Assembly: GCA_002269645.1 (NCBI GenBank)
Contig: NIVC01001402.1
Coordinates: forward strand, 232,562 to 296,561
Length of the DNA stretch: 64,000 nucleotides
Source of the DNA: Macrostomum lignano
Lineage: Eukaryota
Reading direction: 5' to 3'
Shown here piece by piece: positions 52,701 through 64,000 of this stretch (its first letter is position 1; each line of letters begins with the position of its first letter). Under the pieces are notes generated by a model. That model had not been told where the DNA came from and did no database searches. It saw nothing but the letters and a program-made list of their open reading frames with translations. Position numbers and translations under genes: made by a program.

Positions 52701-54800
52701 TAGAATAATGAGATAGATTTAGCTATATCTGAGCTAAGGAAATGCCGTCACAAAGATTGGTCAGGGGTTGCAATAGGGATGTTTACCGCTCAGCTGGCAG
52801 CGATCACTCAGTGATTGGTCAGGGTTCGCGATAGGGATGTTTACAGCTCAGTTGGCAGCGATCACTCAGTGATTGGTCAGGGTTCGCGATAGGGATGTTT
52901 ACAGCTCAGCTGGCAGCAATCACTCAGTGATTGGTCAGGGTTCGCGATAGGGATGTTTACAGCTCAGCTGGCAGCGATCACTCAGTGATTGGTCAGGGTT
53001 CGCGATAGGGATGTTTACAGCTCAGCTGGCAGCGATCACTCAGTGATTGGTCAGGGTTCGCGATAGGGATGTTTACAGCTCAGCTGGCAGCAATCACTCA
53101 GTGATTGGTCAGGGTTCGCGATAGGGATGTTTACAGCTCAGCTGGCAGCGATCACTCAGTGATTGGTCAGGGTTCGCGATAGGGATGTTTACAGCTCAGC
53201 TGGCAGCAATCACTCAGTGATTGGTCAGGGTTCGCGATAGGGATGTTTACAGCTCAGCTTGCAGCGATCACTCAGTGATTGGTCAGGGTTCGCGATAGGG
53301 ATGTTTACAGCTCAGCTGGCAGCAATCACTCAGTGATTGGTCAGGGTTCGCGATAGGGATGTTTACAGCTCAGCTTGCAGCGATCACTCAGTGATTGGTC
53401 AGGGTTCGCGATAGGGATGTTTACAGCTCAGCTGGCAGCAATCACTCAGTGATTGGTCAGGGTTCGCGATAGGGATGTTTACAGCTCAGCTGGCAGCAAT
53501 CACTCAGTGATTGGTCAGGGTTCGCGATAGGATGTTTACAGCTCAGCTGGCAGCGATCACTCAGTAAGTGCTCGGCCAACACGGCTGCAACTCATCCCTG
53601 CATCTCGGCTACTCACTGATGCAGCCTCCGCCGCACAGCCTGGCCGGCAGTCCCGCCTCTCCGGCCGCTCCGAGCGCCAGTCCCGGCCTGACGCAGGCCT
53701 GCAAATGAGATGGGGATGAGGAGGAGGCTGAGCATGACTTCTCCATCAGGCCTGGCACGGATCCGAGTTCGGCCTCATAGAGGCTTCCCTGGGTTCGCTA
53801 CAGCGACTGACTACACCTCCCTCAGTCTCCCCTGCCCTCTTCCTCTCGGCTCATCATCGCTGCAGTTTGCTCAGCATCCTCCCTCAGTCTCCGTTTGCCT
53901 GGGGTTTTCTGTTACGGAAAGTCGATCTGTTTGAGAGAAGAGAAAACGTACAGGATTGCAGCAGCTTTGTTCTTCGGCGCTCGCAGAAGCTCGCCGATGA
54001 AGCAGGGGAGTAGCGCACGGGAAATTATCCCGAATCCCACATCCCGGCTGTGCCGGAAGGCCCTCTTCGGCTGGGGATCGCAAAAGTGCGTTCGACGGCC
54101 CACGCGTCGGCTCGCACTGTTCCTACGGCCCGAGTTGCAGGGAGGTGGCGGATACTCTTTAAACCACTCTCTAGTTCTGTGCCTCATCCCTCACTGCGCA
54201 AAGACAAGCATAAAAGTATTAGCAAGAGCCAAGTAATTCTTTGAAAGAGGATGCAGCAAAAGGAAAAATCATGGAAGATCTACTCGTATACAAAAAGGCC
54301 GATGCTTGCCATCAGGGCATGCCTGGTCTAGTTTGACTACAATAGATTGACCACTTTATTCCTGACCCCCAAATGGCGAGCTGCATTATAGGCATCTAAG
54401 GCTCGAATAGCTACAAGATTGCTATTAAGTCGTATGTTGGTAAAGGATCTGGTACCCGCTAATGCATTTGTGCCGAAGAGCCGTTTTCACCAAAGCTGTT
54501 TCTATTTTTACCAGCAAAGTTCTTGCAGGGCGATCAGCCGCGTGGCCGCGGAACTCACGGAGATTCCAAAGCCGGCCAGAGCGGCAGCCGCGGTCAGCTG
54601 GTAGGCCCTGACGGGCCAGGGGAGGCGCAGATACAGCTGCTCGCTGTGCCCCAAGATCTGGCTGAGCTTCGACCGGTGCACGTCGCCGTCGTCCGTCTCG
54701 CCAACACCAAGCAGCTTCCGGGTTTTCAGTCGGCTCTGCAGATCGCCGCAGCTGTCTTTCCTGAGCGGCAGGTTGGGGGGAGTCCGGCTTTCAGGTAGGC
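49711..54800 (-). CDS. TP53I11: TP53I11 (PIG11)-like membrane protein; exons about 54800..54559, 53698..53617, 52236..52135, 50000..49711; 5' end unresolved
   Basis: DLQSRLKTRKLLGVGETDDGDVHRSKLSQILG matches the conserved TP53I11 N-terminal motif. It is followed by PWPVRAYQL, PARLCGGG and VLWLAWRSEDREVVRLSL..VQLL, colinear with the family's TM segments. Junctions are GT/AG and phase-compatible; the last exon is less certain. Confidence 0.8.
50050..50520. repeat. About 31-bp pyrimidine-rich minisatellite (CCCGCCTTCTTCCCAGACTCCCTCCCCATCT) in a TP53I11 intron
   Basis: Directly visible. Confidence 0.93.
51065..51975. repeat. Composite purine-rich minisatellite (GGGGCTGAGAGACAGA-based units) in a TP53I11 intron
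   Basis: Directly visible. Confidence 0.93.
52752..53565. repeat. 58-bp minisatellite (CAGCTGGCAGCGATCACTCAGTGATTGGTCAGGGTTCGCGATAGGGATGTTTACAGCT, about 14 copies) in a TP53I11 intron
   Basis: Directly visible. Confidence 0.95.
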
Positions 54801-57423
54801 GTCAAACTCAGAACACTGGAGTGAGGTCAAGTCAGTCACGCCACTGCACAGCCATAATCAGCAAACCACTGCTCAGCAGCAAGAAATAAATTCAGGTTTT
54901 GACAGGCCACCTGTTCGAAGGCCGAGCAGCAGGTTGCCCCCGCAGGTGCACCGACTGCAGCTATAGAAGACTAATTATAACCTTTGCAGGAGATGCTTTC
55001 AGTTGAGTTGCATGGCTCCGCTTTGCTCAAGGATATTATTATTGAATGCTGCATTGACTGCAGCAAGGTGACTCGCAGAGCATTGACTCATGCAATAGGC
55101 AGGCTGTTTAACTAATTAAAATCTTGGAATGCAAACTCTTGGAATTTTACGAAACAGGATGCAAAAGATGATGAAGCAAAGCCTCACTTCTCCAGCTTCC
55201 GTATTCCCGCCAGACGGTTTGATGAGGCTGGTGATGATGCGGCAGGAACTGATGATTTCTCATCCCTCTCAGATTTCTCCAGCCTCCCCTGCTGCTCAGA
55301 AGACGGTCCCGAGTCCATTGCCCAGACTTGTTGATGAAGAGGTCTGTTTGACTTCACCGCACCGAGTCTCTCCGAGTCTCCTGTGCCTTTCAACTTTAAT
55401 CAGTGCAGGCCCTGACTTAAGGCGTGGGGAGACAGAGGGAGCGGGGAAGACGGGAAGCAACTGGGTGGACGGTGGGCAGGGGAGGCGAGGAAGGGATCGA
55501 ATGGGGATTTGCTGCACAGCTGCAGTGCTCAAAGTGCTGGATCTGGCCACTCTCACCTAGAAGCTTATGGAAAACAATGCCAGTCAGGAACCCCCGAGTT
55601 GCTTGAGCTCGCACTCTGTGAAGCAGGAAGTGTGGCCCCCTAGTTAGACAGCGCTTCAAGCATTTTCCAGTCCACAGAAGATTAAAGCAGAGCATTAGCG
55701 GCTTGCCGGAGAAAGGCGGGAGACAGGCGGGTGTACAGTTGCATCGCAAGGCAAAACCTCAAAGCAGTGAAGGATGAGAGGACAGCCTGAGCAGGAGAGC
55801 AATGGGGGAGCCTGCACGAGGGTCGCACTGGCTAAAAACCCCGGGAGCCAACTCGTGGCGCGAGCAAAATGCACTTCGGCCAATAGATTCTCCCCTAGCA
55901 GAAGCTAATCACTAGACTAGCAATCACCAAGGACGGCAATTTATCCCTGAAACCCTCGCTTGACAAGAGGATAGGAGCCCGTAAAATTAAAATTAGTACC
56001 CTACAAGACGAAGTGCTGAAGGTTCGGTGAAATCCATGCAGACGCAATTTCTAAGAAGCCCAGCGCCAATTCGATACTCGGCCAGACTCGCCGAACAAAC
56101 TCAGGGCTGAAAATCAGCCCCAACCAGTTTTACTGCGGCATTCAGCCAATTGTCTACTGTTAGTAGTTTGACTGACAAAGATGCAAACTGCTCGTCAAAC
56201 TTTCACAGCTGACCAAATCAGTGCGGTTGAATTAGCTGAAAATTTAACTGCTATCAGCACTAATTGGGCCAGCTGGAGTTTCCAGTCCCTGACAAATGGC
56301 ATCAAGTACGCTCGCACTCAGCGGTCAAGCATAGAGTTTGTAGCCTCCACATCTATCTATATGAGGCGGTTCATTGTCGCTTGTTAGAAGAGGGTCTGAG
56401 GGGTGCTGAGTGAGCTGAGTTGACCAGCAGAATGAGGTCAGGGCTGAGAGGCACTTTGCCTTGCGACTGATTCTACACCCTTTCCCTTGATAGACATTCT
56501 CTCCGCCGCTTGAGTGGAAGACTTTACATTGTCCTGTGGTCATTGTGACCAGAATCCACTGCGCCGCTGTGCTGCCAGTGTGCACCGCGCTGCCGTGCAG
56601 CTCTGATGCAGAAGAATGCTTTGCTCAGGGCGTGTCTCTCTCTCTGCGTGGGGGCCCCGTGTGCGGCTGGGGCCTCGCATTTCTTCACTGTCTTAGTTCG
56701 CTATAAAAATTGCACATTCGCCATTTCTTCTGCCTGTTTTAAATCTGCTCGCAGCTGCTTTCTGACGTCAGCTGAGTTTTAAATTGGCAGCTCAAGTCCG
56801 TGACATCAGCGACAGCCAGCACTTCTGCAGTTGCAGTTCCCTGAGCTGCGTCCGTCGGCATCAGTTCAACATGTTGAGTCGTCTGTTGGACGCAACGCCA
56901 TTTCGTAAGTGCAGCAGCAAAGTGCCTTAGAAAAATTTGCTGTAAAATATCCAACTCTGCTGGACTCGAGCAGCCAAGGGCTCGACCTAATCTTTATTCC
57001 TAATCTTTAAAAATGTCCCTCTGAGTATTTGTCATTGCGCTGAAGGTCTCGAAGGTCCGTTGTCCAAGCGATGATGATAGACCATCGGTTCAGATCCGAA
57101 CCCGTGTATGAGCTAGCTTTGACACCTTAGAAGACTTATCCGAATTCTTTAGCTGAACAAAATTTTCTAATAAAAATCTCACGTTTATTAAAGGAATCAT
57201 TGACCATCGCTAGCATCTGAGTATTGTAGAATTGAAAGTTGCTTGAACCAAACTAAGGATTACTCGGAACATTTCACTGTATTGTGTCTGCATTCAGAAG
57301 GGAAACTTTTTAAATGTTGGAAAAACTAGTGAGTGCTGTAACCGCTACAGCCCAAATGTTGCCGATAGTGGCAAATCATTTACGAATCATGTACGAATCA
57401 TGTACGAATCATGTACGGTCCAA

Positions 57424-60400
57424 ATGGCTCGCAGGTCGTCCCGGCCGCCGGAGGAAGCGCAGCTGGAGGAATCTGACGGTTCGGAGGCAGAGGCGGACGC
57501 TGCGGAAGAAGAGGAATTCAGAGATTCCGCAGACGAAATTTCGCTGGACGAAGAGGAGGCGGAGGCTGCCCGACAAAAGCTGGGCTCCTTGGACTTCCGC
57601 CAAAACGAACTTATGGACGGCGATCAGGTTTCACTTGACGACAACGCCAGCGCCTTCAGTGGCAGCGGACTGGATGAAGCAATGGATGAAGAGGCGTCTG
57701 CAGTGGCCTTCGCAGCCTGGGAGTCGAGGGACCGACAGCCTCTGCTGGCGGCTGCGGCGGCTGCGGCGAGCGACACGAGCGGTGACATCGATCTAGAGGA
57801 GGATGACAACGAGGAGGAAGAAGACTTCGCCCCTCGCTTTGGTGGCGGCGACTTTATCGGCAGCTACCGTGGTGGCTTCAGCAGCGGCCTCGGCGGCGGA
57901 TTCTCCGGTCCTGCAGGCGTTTTCAACCCGGGCTTCGTTGATGACGAGATCGGAGGGATGGGGGCGGCAGCAGGCGCAGAGGCTGACGATGAAGAGCAGT
58001 TCCCAGATGGCGAGGAAAATTTTGACGAGGCGGAGGAGTACCAAGAAGACGAGGAGGAGGAGGAATACGATGAAGATGGCGACGCGGACTTTGAGGGGGA
58101 AGACGAGGACGACGACGAGGATGAGGGCTGCTTCGGGGCGGATGCGATTTCAGCTGGTGCTGGAACCAGTCTGGTATGGGTCCACAGAGGGTTCTTTATC
58201 ACGGATTGCACGCATGTCCCCATTGTGCACATGTCCCATCGCTCATACGAGCCGCATGTCCGCTAATAGCACAGATCCAAAATCGCAAGCATAACCGCAA
58301 CTTAACTTCCTTCAGAACGAGGCGCCAGCCCAGCGGCCAATGCCAAAAATCGTTGGGTATCTGGAAGCCGAGATGAAGCACGAGGCCAAAAGCCAGAGTC
58401 TCAACGTGCGCATTCTGCAGGTGGAGCTGAAAATGGCACTCACAAAGTTTCGCCGCAAAAGCAACAAGAAGATGCGCTGGTCGATGCTGCAAGTCTGCGC
58501 CACACTGCTCCCTGACAAAGTGCTCACTTTCCGCACTCCCATGGTGGAGCACGAGGACCCGAAGAAAAAGAAGCTTCAGACTCTGACGGCAGCCACCGCC
58601 GCTGCAGAAGCCCGAGACAAAGAGGGCGAGGTGGACAAGAGTAAGGACGGCGGCCAGGACAAGGAAAAGAAGTCTAAGGACAAGGACAAGAAGAAGGACA
58701 AGAAAAAGGATGAGGCTACAAAAGCCGAGGCCGGCAAGTCGGGCAATACAGCAAAGCAGGCGGTGAAGATCGGCAAGCTGAGCATCCCAAGGCTGCCTGG
58801 CAAGTCTAAGCCCAAAGAAGAGGTCGCGGCGGGCGCCGCAGCGGAGAGGAACAGCAAGAAGTCGGTGCTGGCGGGCATCGCGGCGCGGAAGGCGGCGCAG
58901 CAGCAGCAGCAGCAGGAGCGGCGGGAGCAGCACCGGCAGCAGCAGCTGGCCATGAAGGAGCGGCAGAGGCAGGAGCGGCTGAAGCGGCGGCAGGTGGCGG
59001 CGGATGCCAATAAGCCAATGGACGAGCCGCTGAAGGACGTGACGAAGTTCGGGAAGGAGGAGACCGAAGAGGAGAAGGCAGCCAAGAAGGCGGGCTTGAA
59101 GCAGCCACAGGAGGACGACGACAAGGATTTGTTCAAATTTGCACCGATCTCTAAAGGTGAGAACTGAGTGCTCCTGGCGTCAGGGACTGGGCAGTCTTAA
59201 CAGTAGAAAGACTTTGGGGGTGTATTTCAAATACACATTTTTCTTTGACAATACACACATTTGAAATACACACATATACACACATTTGCTGGAACTAGAG
59301 CAATGCAGGTTTGAAATCCAGTATTTGGGAGCTGGGACAGGGGCAGTGCGGATTTGGGAGCTTGTTCAGCACACCTTACAATAAAAAAGAGCAAACAATC
59401 CACTCTGCAGAGAAGAACCTAGTCAAGAACCCTCAGCAAGCGCTGGCCATTCGTTTCCGGCTGTATGGTTGCTGGCGAAAGAAGCGTAGCTTTCTGCTCG
59501 GTGAAAACACATTTGCTCTGGAGAAGATGGCGGAGGCGCTGCAGACCTCAGACAAGGTGAGACAGAACCGCTTCCGGCTGCAGCTGGAGGAGCGCCGGTT
59601 CGCAATTTCCAAGGTGAGGCAGAGGAAAATCCTGCTAGAATGTTTTTACACGCGAGTAAAAAAGCGTTTTACCGTGCTGACTTGATCCTTAAATTTTGAA
59701 TTGCAGCTGAAGCATCTGTCAGACTCTGATGTGAGTTCTATACCAAAGAAAATTGCATTTTTACAAAGCTTTTTGCGGTAGTTACATGTATAGCTTGAAT
59801 TTCCCCACAATGCAAAGCCAAGGGTCCTGCTGGTGGTCCTTTTGCGAAGCCAGTGTGATGGCAATTTACCACTGAGCACACAATAGCGATGCCTACTGCC
59901 TGTCTTGGGAAGTAGCCTTTTATGAGCTACCATGTAAATTAAAAAACTCACAGATCAGCAATCGTGCGCGAGCCCCAAATTAAGGAATTGTCGGCGCAAA
60001 GCTCGGGTGCCGCTCCACCACTCCTGGCTCTTAAATTTGAGATTGAAGCGTAGATTGTAAAGCCCGAGACTTCCAGCTGAATCCCTAGCGGTTCAAGGAC
60101 ACACTGAATGTCAGGATAAAGGCAGAACCGGAAGCCAATTGTTTTTGTTGCAGGAAGAGCTTGAGCAGCAAAAGGCGTCTGCCAAGGCGCAGAAGAAGTC
60201 GGCAAAGGATTCGGTCGACGCGCTGCTGCTGCCGCCTCCAACGGAGGGCCCGGCACTGGTGAGCCAGCCAGAGCTGTTCCTGGGCCTGGCGTACAACCAG
60301 GTGAACGGCCACCTCCAAGTGGCCATTGTGAAGGCCTGCAACCTGCGAAACCCGAAGTCGGACCGGCCTCCGAGTGAGTTGTTGATAGATATATTGACCA

Positions 60401-60941
60401 ACATCTTCTGTAATTTCGATGGCACAAGTTGATGCCAGCTCTAATGCTGATCGGTTGTGGAGCTTTTAACAGGCAATTCACAAAAACACGCGCCGTCCAT
60501 CCCGCAGCCGCGTTCACGAAGGTGCAGCTGCTGTGGGGTCTCAGCAAGGATAGCCCCGTGTTGTTCCGCTCCAAGACGCTGTCCATCCCGTATAGCCCCA
60601 ACCCGGAGTGGTACGAAACTTTTGAGTATCCGGTGAGCCGCGCCCACCTTGACGACGTCTCCGTGATGGTGAAGGTGTACTGCAAGCACACCCTGAGCCG
60701 AACAGTCACTATTGGCTGGTGCTCGGTCGGTAAGTACAGCTGGGCCTACTGCAAAATAGCATTGGTTCAGCCGTCATGAAGCCACATGAACACCTTGCCC
60801 TCAGGCCGGAACAACTGCAGCGAAGAGGCTCTGGATCACTGGGGCGACATGCGCGACTCAAAAGGCGAACAGATCTGCAACTGGCACGTGCTGCTCAAGG
60901 TCAGCAAGGAGAAGACCGAGGGACAGCTGGACAGCGACTGA
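57424..60941 (+). CDS. SYT16: Synaptotagmin-14/16-like tandem C2 protein, about 790 aa; exons 57424..58173, 58316..59156, 59411..59613, 60154..60373, 60508..60729, 60805..60941
   Basis: C2A: GYLEAEMKHE..LNVRIL..QVCATLLPDK..IRFRLYGCWRKKRSFLLGE. C2B: PELFLGLAYNQVNGHLQVAIVKACNL..RPP|TAFTKVQLL..PNPEWYETFEY..IGWCSV|GRNNCSEEALDHWGDMRDSKGEQICNWHVLL, the SYT14/16 signature ending. Phase-compatible GT/AG junctions; 2373 nt joined. No N-terminal TM seen. Confidence 0.85.
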
Positions 60942-62619
60942 AGCCGCCATGCAGCTCAGAGTCGCTTTTGAGACCGCCTGACTGAGGGGAATACAAGCTA
61001 AGTCTACCTGGGAAGCAAAAAGCCAATCTGCAGCGCTCCCTGAAGTTACGAGGCGCTACACTAAAATGCCCAGGGAGTTTAAAATCTTTTCCGAGATGTT
61101 CGACGGTATTTTGCTATTGCGTTTCTAATGCGACTCTGAGGCGCCTCCAGAGCTCAAGCAGACAGAGAATAAAGTGTTTAAAATGCCGCTTAAATGCCCA
61201 AACTGTCTACCCAAAAGAAACCCGACAGCAATCACAAAAGACTCGATTGCATTTTGCTGTACAACGGAAATAACTAAAAGCAAACAATCACAACACAATG
61301 CAAATAAGGCCGGGGTCCCCATAACTTTCCCTGAATATGCAGTGTAGCATCGGTGAGTGAATTTTCCCCCAAGTTGCAAGGTATAACCCAGGCAGAAGTA
61401 AAATACTTGTACAAAATGCAGTTCCGCATAGCTGATAACGTACCCGCGTAATAAAAATTTTCCCTGTAATATGCGCGCTTAAATAAACCGGCAAATCTAC
61501 TTGTCCCTCGTAATTAGCAACGCAGCAATTACAAAAGGGCTGACTGTGTGAATTTTAATTTGGCATTGAGCCACCAAAGCGCAAGGACCTCTAGCTAAGA
61601 TGCAGCACGGATTAAGTCTTCAAAAAAGCAGCGCGAGCATTTCTGGAAGAACACAGACTGCGCCAAGCCTATCAGAATGCTTTCTGGCTGAACTGGCGCC
61701 TAAAAGTTTTATATTTAATCAGAATACAAATCAAACGAACGAAGCCTAAGTACGCTAATTACTACTTTCAGTAGGGTTTATTTACTGATATAAGAAAAAA
61801 CTGCAAGGGCTTTTTTATCATGGGATAAGAAACACTGGACACAACAAATACAAGTCAGCGTTCGAACGATCCATCGAAAGAGAAATTAAAAGTGCACGAA
61901 CTGCTAAGTCAGGTAGACAGAGAAAACGCTTTGGAGACATCACTACTGTAACAATGGGGTGCAGCAAAATACAGAAATTCTATAAACTCTTCTAAATTCG
62001 AAAACTCGCCCACAGCCAGCCATAAAACGAATCCCCAATTGTCTGCAGCAATGGCTGAATAGCTGGAATGCCAGCGCCTTGCAGTAGCGGCTATGGGCGA
62101 GCAGAACACAAAAGCTGGCAATGCAGTTTGCAAACACGCAAGCAGGTGCAAAAGAGTTTGCAGTCTCAGATTACAGGCAGTTACTCTCAGTAGCGAGTCA
62201 GATGTAAGCAGATACAAGAATGAAATCGTTGTGGAGCCTGCAGCCTGCCACTAGCTGGTATGTGGCAAATGGAACACTTGCTCTCATCTAATTGTCATCT
62301 GGTTGAGAAGCGAAAGACAGAAGATTGCCGGTGCGATCCGAAATCAGAGGGGCCGCAACAGTGACTCGCGTGTTTCACTGGGCAGGCATCAATTGCGGGG
62401 CTGAGTCTCACTAATCAGAATGAGCATGGCAGAGTAAAAACAAGCAGATAATAAGCATTCGTATGGGCGCCCACTGTCCGTTGCCACGGTGACCACCGCA
62501 ACACCTAGAAATTGAAATGGAAATAGTCTGTAGGATTGCAGATTACCCACTGCGCAATTGCAAATCCACTATTTCAACACGGCCTCAAATACCCAGCTTA
62601 GTTGGTTTCCAACTGCTCT

Positions 62620-62930
62620 AGCACGGGTCCCAGCCACTTCAGCACGGGTCTCAGCCACTTCAGCACGGGTCTCAGCCACTTCAGCAGGGGTCCCAGCCAC
62701 TTCAGCAGGGTCTCAGCCACTTCAGCACGGGTCTCAGCCACTTCAGCAGGGGTCCCAGCCACTTCAGCACGGGTATCAGCCACTTCAGCACGGGTCTCAG
62801 CCACTTCAGCAGGGTCCCAGCCACTTCAGCACGGGTCTCAGCCACTTCATCACGGGTCTCAGCCACTTCAGCACGGGTCCCAGCCACTTCAGCACGGGTC
62901 CCAGCCACTTCAGCACGGGTCCCAGCCATT
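62620..62930. repeat. 21-bp minisatellite (CAGCCACTTCAGCACGGGTCT)
   Basis: Directly visible. Confidence 0.93.
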
Positions 62931-63105
62931 CTATCAGGGCCTTAACTACTTTAGTGAGTGTCAGCTACTTTGGTGGGGAGTGTCAGCCGACCCTCTCCAC
63001 AACGAAACTCCCCGAGTCGATGGCTCACCGACAGAAGCTCAGGTGGGCTACTGTGCAGGAAAACCGGCGGCGACCTCATCAACATCGGAGAAGATGCTGC
63101 GGCTG

Positions 63106-63504
63106 CTAAGTGGACTCCGAGTCAGGGTCCGTCGGGCCACCGACGCCCACGCGGTCACTGCCGCCGGCCCAGGCGGTCACCAGCCGCTCGTACGACATCT
63201 TGGCGGCGCGCAGCAGGCAGAGATGGGCGCCAAACTGCAGCAGAAGGGCGCCAAAGCCGCGATAGAGGCTGACAGGCGACTCCAGGCGGACGTGGTGACA
63301 AAGGCGTCCAGCAGGCCGGTGTGGGTGGTGCTGAGGGAGGCCACGCCGAGGCCGGTGTCCATGTTGTCGATGAGGGTGCGGGTGCCCTGCACGCACAGCC
63401 GTGTGTGAGGGTCTCCAGCGGGAACAGCAGCAGGTCGGAGAGCAGGGCGCCAACAAAGCTGCTGAGCAGCTCGGGTAGAAGCGCTCGTACAGCTCGGTGT
63501 CCAC
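63106..63504 (-). CDS. SLC25A46: Terminal exon of SLC25A46 (outer mitochondrial membrane carrier-like protein), with apparent frameshifts
   Basis: After acceptor ccccag|GTG, piecing frames together gives ERFYP-ELLSSFVGALLSDLLLFPLETL-RLCVQGTRTLIDNMDTG..GLLDAF..-RLESPVSLYRGFGALLLQFGAHL, matching the SLC25A46 C-terminal carrier repeat. Confidence 0.82.
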   Translation of the reverse strand: MDTELYERFYPSCSAALLAPCSPTCCCSRWRPSHTAVRAGHPHPHRQHGHRPRRGLPQHHPHRPAGRLCHHVRLESPVSLYRGFGALLLQFGAHLCLLRAAKMSYERLVTAWAGGSDRVGVGGPTDPDSEST

Positions 63505-63685
63505 CTGGGGGGGGCAGTTGGATGACCTTGATTTGACGAATTAGCCAGGCTTACGGATTCAAACAATTAGAAGGCACCGACAACTGACTATTAGCCAGCT
63601 GAGCACAGGGACCTCTGAATATTTGGACTGGGAGTCCATAATCTGACGAAGAGGTCAGCTTGAATTCCAAAATTACGCCAATGAA

Positions 63686-64000
63686 TACGGCGATAACTAC
63701 ATTGAGTTACTTGTACCATCACGCATGGCGATAACTACATTGAGTTACTTGTACCATCACGCATGGCGATAACTACATTGAGTTACTTGTACCATCACGC
63801 ATGGCGATAACTACATTGAGTTACTTGTACCATCACGCATGGCGATAACTACATTGAGTTACTTGTACCATCACGCATGGCGATAACTACATTGAGTTAC
63901 TTGTACCATCACGCATGGCGATAACTACATTGAGTTACTTGTACCATCACGCATGGCGATAACTACATTGAGTTACTTGTACCATCAGCATGGCGATAAT
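63686..64000. repeat. 38-bp minisatellite (GGCGATAACTACATTGAGTTACTTGTACCATCACGCAT), runs off the window
   Basis: Directly visible; lies in the intron upstream of the SLC25A46 exon. Confidence 0.95.

Noticed and set aside
52752-53565. Regular repeat arrays (58-bp, 51-bp, 38-bp and others) as CRISPR arrays
   Set aside because: Units are head-to-tail with no unique spacers, there are no cas genes, and the context is eukaryotic and intronic.
55129-55560. ORFs upstream of TP53I11 as its first coding exon
   Set aside because: The donor-like AA|GTGAGG near 55185 gives in-frame stops in the phases I tested, and there is no family motif.
57071-57156. Box C (ATGATGA) and box D (CTGA) pair as a C/D snoRNA
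   Set aside because: No terminal stem, no recognisable rRNA guide, and not in an evident host intron.
57793-59136. Antisense ORFs over the SYT-like gene
   Set aside because: Shadow frames of a GC-rich, low-complexity coding strand.

Overview
Eukaryotic, intron-containing animal genomic DNA. GC/Ala-rich exons, undepleted CpG and introns stuffed with locus-private minisatellites suggest the flatworm Macrostomum lignano (inference, not verified). I rebuilt spliced gene models by hand from GT/AG sites and reading-frame phase. These are: the last exon of an insulin-receptor kinase (+), a divergent hnRNP Q/R (Syncrip)-family gene (-), GID8 (-), a two-Ig-domain type I membrane protein (+), a 1088-aa ankyrin-repeat/cGAS-like (Mab-21 NTase, cGLR) fusion (+), a convergent orphan gene (-), a decayed Crypton-type tyrosine recombinase (-), a complete Vsx homeobox/CVC gene (-), TP53I11 (-), a SYT14/16-like tandem-C2 gene (+) and the frameshifted last exon of SLC25A46 (-). 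Mobile DNA includes a young non-autonomous LTR element, a foldback element with a telomere-like core and 8-bp TSD, a MITE, and a pair of old diverged repeat copies. More than 20 tandem-repeat arrays explain most of the long low-complexity ORFs in the track. The best candidate for an undescribed system is the ANK-cGLR fusion and its neighbours. All family assignments rest on remembered motifs; no database search was run.
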